The notes below the pieces were generated by a model that did no database searches, was not told the DNA's origin, and saw only the letters and a program-made list of their open reading frames with translations. A program made the translations under genes and the position numbers. A stretch of DNA of 64,000 nt from Epiperipatus broadwayi (taxonomy: Eukaryota > Animalia > Onychophora), in the NCBI GenBank assembly GCA_028023455.1, contig JAQFVV010000009.1, positions 15,190,001-15,254,000 of the forward strand. The letters are read 5' to 3'. Shown here one piece after another: positions 53,157-64,000 of the stretch; the stretch's first letter is position 1; every line of letters begins with the position of its first letter.

Positions 53157-53179
53157 TGCTGGCCTATATGCACAATGAC

Positions 53180-53257
53180 AATATTAGAAGTTGAACTTCC
53201 ACCTTTAGATTATTGAATATTGAATTTAAGGCACTCTCCCAACTATTCTGTCAAAGG
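53180..53257 (-). ncRNA. tRNA-derived sequence (degenerate A and B boxes), downstream pLTR
   Basis: AGTTGGGAGAGTG...ATCTAAAGGTGGAAGTTCAACTTC; the A box is partly deleted relative to the 58.4-kb copy. Confidence 0.55.
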
Positions 53258-53342
53258 CAACATATAATAGAAATTAGATATATTTATATATGAGAGTTCA
53301 AATTCTCCTGAGTCCTTCAATTTTTTTTTATGTGCAAGGCTA

Positions 53343-57770
<4,428 letters not shown>

Positions 57771-57901
57771 ATCTGAAGGTTTGTGATGATGGTATATTAT
57801 ATTATTAGATGTGATATGTTGGACTATTTCCATCATCTATGAGTGAATGTTGACTGTATAAAAATTTTAAACTTTATTTAAACTTTCCAAATACAAACAA
57901 C

Positions 57902-58213
57902 ATAAAGCCAATAAACACTTATGCTTCTTATAATTGTTATTAAAACAGGCAAAACTCTCTATATGTATTGCCACTCAGTGCAAATTAGAGTAATCAATGG
58001 ATGCCAGAAGGCTTGTGCATAAAATCCCCATCTAGTACCTACTCTCAGATACAAGGCTCCTCATTGACCAAGGCCACAAGCCAGGAACTAGTCTGGTAAT
58101 ATTGGATGAGTATGCATTAGATGGGGATTTTATGTACAAGCCTTCTGGCATCCATTGATTACTCTGGCTTGCACTGAGTGACAATACATATAGAGAGTTT
58201 TGTCTGTTTTAAT
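57902..58213. mobile_element. 312-bp foldback (hairpin) insertion with a 10-bp TSD inside the upstream pLTR
   Basis: Arms 57939-58034 and 58118-58213 (96 nt, 6 mismatches by eye); TSD TACAAACAAC at 57892-57901 and 58214-58223; absent from the other pLTR. Confidence 0.85.
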
Positions 58214-58265
58214 TACAAACAACTTGTTAGTAATATCACACAAATAGACAATACAGGTTAGTAAT

Positions 58266-58308
58266 TGCACATTTTGAGTAGTATTATTCTCCAATCTTCT
58301 TCAGGGGT
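58266..58308 (-). ncRNA. Minimal hammerhead ribozyme motif (degenerate), upstream pLTR
   Basis: CUGAAGA-A-GAUUGG-agaauaaua-CUACUC-AAAA-UGUG; homologous to 53112-53156 but more decayed. Confidence 0.55.
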
Positions 58309-58339
58309 TGCTGGCCTATATGCACAGTGACAATTATTC

Positions 58340-58423
58340 ACTTAGAAGTTGAACTGCACCTTTAGATTCTTGAATATCGAATTTAAGGCAAGCACTCTAC
58401 CAACTGAGCTATTCTATCAAAGG
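58340..58423 (-). ncRNA. tRNA-derived Pol III promoter-like sequence, upstream pLTR
   Basis: CCTTTGATAGAA-TAGCTCAGTTGGTAGAGTG (A box 58400-58411; resembles the tRNA-Tyr/Phe D arm) ... ATCTAAAGGT ... GTTCAACTTC (B-box-like, 58345-58354). Confidence 0.7.
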
Positions 58424-58879
58424 CAATATATAATAGAAATTTGATATATTTATATATGAGAGTTGGTTCTAAATTCTCCTGAGTCCTTCAATTTTTTTTA
58501 TGAGCAAAGCAGCTAATTAGTTTTTTTATTATTATTGTTTAATATTTTTCCTAAGAGCAAGATTAATTAAAGGCTCCCTATATTGTTTAATATTTTTCCT
58601 AAGAGCAAGATTAATTAAAGGCTTCCATACATTGTGTATTGCCACACTGGGTTGACTTATATGATTATTTACCATTGTCATATGAGCAGCTTCCTTGAAT
58701 TTTCTTCTACGCATTTCCCCCTCTATATCTAATATCTTTGTATTTTCCCAATTAAACATATGGTCATTAATACATACATGATCTACTACAGTAGACACAT
58801 CTGTTTTTTCTCTTTTAACCATTAGATTATGTTCTTTCAATAGATAGAATTAACAAACTAAAACAAATAGATAATTTCA

Positions 58880-61400
58880 AAAACATATAATAGTCAACCT
58901 CATTCAATATTTACACCAAATTTAAATGAAGATTTATATGGAATATTAAAGATTGTAGAGTTAACAAAAACCCAGGTATGTGAGACAAAAAAAATATTGA
59001 CATTCTATCAAATGTTATAATTTATATGATTAATAAAATAATAGAAAATAGTGAGTTTCTATATTATTAAAAACATCAGTAAGACCAATTTATAAATCTT
59101 GCACTAAAAATAATTTTAACAATTATAGAGCTATATCTATTCTTCCTTCAATTCATAAAATAGTAAAAATATATTTATAAAATAATTAAAAAAATTTTAA
59201 CTAAAAATAATTTTTTAAATAAAAATCAATATGGATTAATAGAAAAAAGATAAAATTAATAGTGCATTAAATGATAAAAAAAATATTTTTTAGATTTTTT
59301 ATATTATTGAGCATAAGCAATTGATTCACAGTTTACAAAATTGTGAAGTTAGAAAAAAATTGCTCAGTTTTTTTTTTTAAAAAATTACTTAAATGATAAA
59401 TATGTTGTATCAAAAATATCAAATTTATTGAGTAATGAGCAAAAAAAAATGTATATGGGTTTCTCAAGGTTCTATACTTAGCACATTGTTATTTCTGATT
59501 TTCATAAATAATTTAGGAAATATTAATATTGAAGGATCAATATATCAATAAGAAGATGATATTGTTATTGTGAGTATAAATGACAATATTGATATTGCAA
59601 TTAAAGAATGGCAAGAAAGTCTGATATTTTGAGCAAGGAATTTATATAAATGGAAAAAACCCCAAAATGTATGTTAATATACTTTCTTCACATGAAATAT
59701 AAAAATATTGATATAGATCTGCATTCATGTGAATGTTTATAACACAATAATGTAATAATAATAAGTGTATAAAAGTAGAACAAGTAAAATATACACCTGG
59801 GTCTCATTTTATGCGGATTATTTTAATGCGATTTTGAAGTTGTGTAATTCATATTTCTTCTTAATATCTTTCATATTTCACTAAATTTATTAGATGTCAA
59901 GAAATTTAAATTATTAATAACTAATTTTGACTTGAAATGCTTTTTTTTTTTTTCAAAAATATAACGTTATATTAGCAGCTAACATGCTGTATTTAGAATA
60001 TTAGCTTTTGTGTAAATAACCTACTTATACTAATGAGTAAATAATAATAATAGATTTATATTTACATATAAAAATATCACAATAAATAGTCAAAAATTTT
60101 AAACTTTTAAAACGTATTTTGTTAATTATAACAGAAATAAATATTTTTTTAGATTTTTAAAATAAATAATAATGAAGATTTTATTGATTTTATAAACTGA
60201 AAATAATCTTTCTAATGATAATCTATAATCTTTTTGTTTTGATTACGATCTCATTTTTTTAATATAGAAACAAAAAAACCATTAACACAGCTCAAGACTA
60301 AAAGTGGCGCTAGTTGTATGTCACATGACGAATCTGATTTCTTAACATTTCACAAACAAACACATATTGTCAAATAACCACTAAAGATTAAAATATGTAT
60401 GAAAAAATGTAAAATTAAATACTGTAGTTAATAAAAAAAGTTTGTCTTGTATTATTTTTTTTCAAATATTTGAAATTTTTTATTAGTCATACTTTATTTC
60501 CTTATTTTTTTAATGCGAATTTTAAAGTAATTTTTCCTTTTTGCTTTGCTTTTATGTGATTTCTGAAAATTACATCCCCTATCCCCATTTTTCAAGGTAA
60601 GTTAAGTCTATTTTTGTGCGATTTCTTTTGTGCGTGTTTTCTGAAAAACCTATTTTCTAAAAAACCTATCTACCGCATAAAATGAGACCCAGGTGTATTA
60701 GATATCTAGGAATGATGATTGATGAAAAAATGTCTTGGAAACATCATATAAACATACTAATTAATAAATTTAGATATTTTATAACAATGTTCTACAAAAT
60801 CAAAGATATTTTTCCTTTAAATATTCTTATTGTTATATATAAATCTTTATTTCAATATTTTATGCTTTATGGTTTTCCAAGCTTTTCTAATATTAATAGA
60901 TTAGCATTACTGCAAAAAAGAATAATTGATCTAATAGAAGAAAAATATATCAATAAAGAAAAAAGTGTATACAAATGTAGTGTTTTATTATTAAATCAAC
61001 TTCTGTATTATATAATTATAGAGAGAAAAAAAAATTGATAGTACTTTCAAGAAACCTTATATAAAGCAATTCTGAAATGTGTTGAAGGAAAACATATATA
61101 TTTAGTTTCAAAATATTGTAATAAATATGGAACTAAAGTAAGAAATCATTATGTTTCTAAATTATTTAATAATTTATCTATTGAATTAAGAAGACTGTAA
61201 CATTATAGGGAAATAAAAAAACAAATTAAAAAAAAATATATTAAAGAGAGGGAAAGGGGAAAAATTAATATATAGAAAAAATATGAGTATCTAATGCTAT
61301 ATAATCAATATTTTTATTATATAATTAATGTATTATTAAAATATAATTTATTATTATTATTAACATATTTTGTATTATGTTTAAAATTAAAAGAAAATAT
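58880..61400 (+). mobile_element. Degenerate CR1/L2-group LINE RT region, split by a MITE
   Basis: PIYK...NYRAISILPS, NQYG, GVSQGSIL..LLFLIFINNL, EDDIVI, then KVEQVK[MITE]RYLGMMIDEKMSWKHHI...LQKRII. Ends approximate. Confidence 0.75.
59794..60695. mobile_element. Tc1/pogo-like MITE (902 bp), same family as 36289-37294
   Basis: Perfect 23-bp TIR CACCTGGGTCTCATTTTATGCGG with TA TSD on both sides. Confidence 0.9.
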
Positions 61401-62410
61401 ATAAACTATTATGAAAATGTTCTTTCGCATAAAAGTGCAACTAGGCTTAGTAAAATGATATTTGAATTTGTGTAAATATACTTCGATCTATATTTAAATG
61501 AATGAATGCAATGAATGTATTTATTTTAATAAACAGTATTATATTATTATTACAAATGTAAATGTAAAATGTATGTACGCTTGTAAATAAATTATTATTA
61601 TAAAAAATGTTAAAATAAATGAAAGAAATTATTAATTACAATTACAATATAAAATTAGTACTTCTAATCTATTTTATATTAAGATTTGTTACTCTGACAT
61701 ATTAAAATCGTCTTTATTTTGTGTGTCTAAATCTTATAATTTGGATTTTATTAATAAAAATGTTTTTGATTTAGAATTTTAAAACATTATCAATACTTAA
61801 CAACAAAAAAGAATATAACTTATAAATATATATTTTCATTAATATATAATGTATATTCTTTTCTTACTTTAAATTTTTATTTTCATTTTTATTAGTTTGT
61901 TTGTTTATATTACTAAATATAAGGTGCAATCTGGGTGCTGTAGATTTATACTATGAATATTTATTTTCCAATTTTAGAAAAGATTCACTTAGTCTTTGTA
62001 AATTAATGAAGAGAACTTTTAGTAAATAATAATAAAAATCTTAATTAAATCATCTCTATAATTATTGATTACTGTATATAAAATAATAAATTAAAAATAA
62101 ATAAAAGGCTGTGAACATTTAACTGAGATTTTTTGTTCAAGTCTCTGTAATTATAAATGTCTTGTTCCAGTTTTTGTCTAAATAACCTATAGAAATATCT
62201 ATGAAGTCATAGAACAACTGTCTTTTTAAATGAGAAAGAAGCAGATGAAGGAAAATCTTAAACGCAGAGCCTGTACTTTTTTTATGAGCCTATGAGCAAA
62301 CTGGATAGTATAAATTCTAAGTATCACATTAACAAATCTTAATATTTATTTTATATCTAAAAATATATATTTAACTATCCTTATTATAAATTATACATAT
62401 ATGTATCATA

Positions 62411-63099
62411 CAGAAAAGAAAAATTCAATAATAATAATATTTAGCCAAAAGTGCTTTCAATACTGTGTAGAGAATCATGGGGGTTTGACTAAACTGACCA
62501 GTTAATAATATTCCAGTACATACTCAATGAGACACTCGTGTTTTATTGATTAACAATGTTATTAGAATTGGCAACAAACCAGGCTTCTTTTATTTCCTCT
62601 TTCTATCATTAGTCTCATTGCAAACAGCATTAATTATCTGAGATAAAATTCATGTACAGTATTTCTTTCATGATTGGAGGAAACAGAATTAACTTGAAAG
62701 TCCATTTTAGACTTTTTATATTGGTAAATGTGTTGTCGTAAATGCAGTGACACACTAACTTTCATCTCCCCATAATAAATGGCATTACAACTTTATTCTT
62801 GGCAAATAATTATATATTCAATTTCATACTTATTATTTTGTTCTATCCCATCTTTTGAATTATTGATCACTCTGTTTAGGCATAAGGGTAATCAAAACCT
62901 AACATTACAAATGCTTTGCATCTAGGTTTGGCACATAAGCTAAGGAAATTCATGATTTGATTGTTTTATTTTTATCTATGTTGTCTTTAAATTTAGCCCT
63001 ATAACCAGTCAGTTTAGTTAAATTGCCATAATTTTGATACACAGTACTGAAAGCATCTTTGGCTAAATACTACTATCATTATTAAATTTTTCTTCTCTG
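62411..63099. mobile_element. Tc1/mariner-type MITE with imperfect TIRs of about 100 bp
   Basis: TA|CAGAAAAGAAAAATTC...tttagcc..gtgctttca..actgtgt..actaaactgac, mirrored at the right end ...TTCTCTG|TA. Confidence 0.6.
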
Positions 63100-64000
63100 T
63101 ATGACACCCAGATATACATGTATATACAATTTACACTATAAACAGAGTTATTAATTTATTTATTTACTATCTCTACTGTGTATTTTTTAACAGGGGCTAT
63201 ATTTAAACTATATAAAAAAAATAGAAGACAAAAACGAAGAGAAAAAAAAATTTCAATTTAGACTTATGAACTTAAAAATTTATTTTTCCTATAATGTTGA
63301 ATTAATCAGATGTTGAAGGGTTAAGATGACAATCATCTTTTTTCTGTTATCACTCTTCCTTTTCCTTCCATTGAACCTTCAGCTTACATTTTTTGCAATT
63401 TATTTTAAAAGTTTTAAAATATTTATTCTTGAATTTTTACAACAAATTATGTTTGACATATTCTCAATAACTACCTTTCATTAAGTTTTAAAGATAAAAT
63501 ATGTATTTTTATTTCAGGGATAGAACTGGCCTAAGAAAAAGTGGGGCCTCAGGGAGAGGAGTCTTTTTTGCCAATGATAAAAAATACTTAGATATTATTT
63601 AAAAATACTATCTTACTAGCAGATATAGATATATTGAAATTGCACTGATTGATTCTTATAATATATAAATATTTAATGTAAATATAATTTTGTGCAGTTT
63701 TATTGAATGAATATTTGAGAAAACAAAATAAAATACATATAATACAAAAAATTATATTTTATTTTCTTCAATGTTTTATTGCAAATCTGTTAATAACAAC
63801 ATCCTAATTTATTTATTTATTTTTGTATGAATTCTGTTTCAATAAATAAAATACTAAAAAATAGGGTCATTCTTGACTTATGTTGATTTCACATTAACAT
63901 AACCAGAACATTGTGAAACATTTAGGGATACACACTATATATATATACATAACTGAAAAATATACCATTTCCACATAATCAGTGTTTCTGCAATTATATT

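Noticed and set aside
60682-61038. 118-aa ORF as a host gene
   Set aside because: Its ATG lies in the MITE TIR and the rest is CR1-type RT C-terminal sequence.

Overview
Very AT-rich animal (probably invertebrate) nuclear DNA; no prokaryotic features or CRISPR array. The only recognisable host gene is a minus-strand Testin-like PET/LIM-family gene, with two clear exons (12345-12681 and 5463-5696); I did not find its LIM exons or its upstream Cys-rich exon. The rest is a dense TE landscape: several RTE LINE remnants (one with a 5' inversion and an 11-bp TSD), a gag-only Ty3/Gypsy-type element with 1.7-kb LTRs (20723-27606), Helitron and mariner remnants, several MITEs, a near full-length Tx1/L1-type LINE (about 43880-49845), a CR1/L2-group LINE, three very long (AAT/ATT)n arrays and a head-to-head array of about 410-bp repeats. 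The most interesting locus is a Penelope-like element (52982-58845, minus strand). Both of its pseudo-LTRs carry a tRNA-like Pol III promoter module just upstream of a minimal hammerhead ribozyme motif. Its (TAA)n stop-codon run has expanded to about 200 units on each side of an inserted (TAA)n-tailed Tx1/L1-like fragment. All alignments, counts and coordinates were done by eye; family assignments come from recalled motifs, not database searches.
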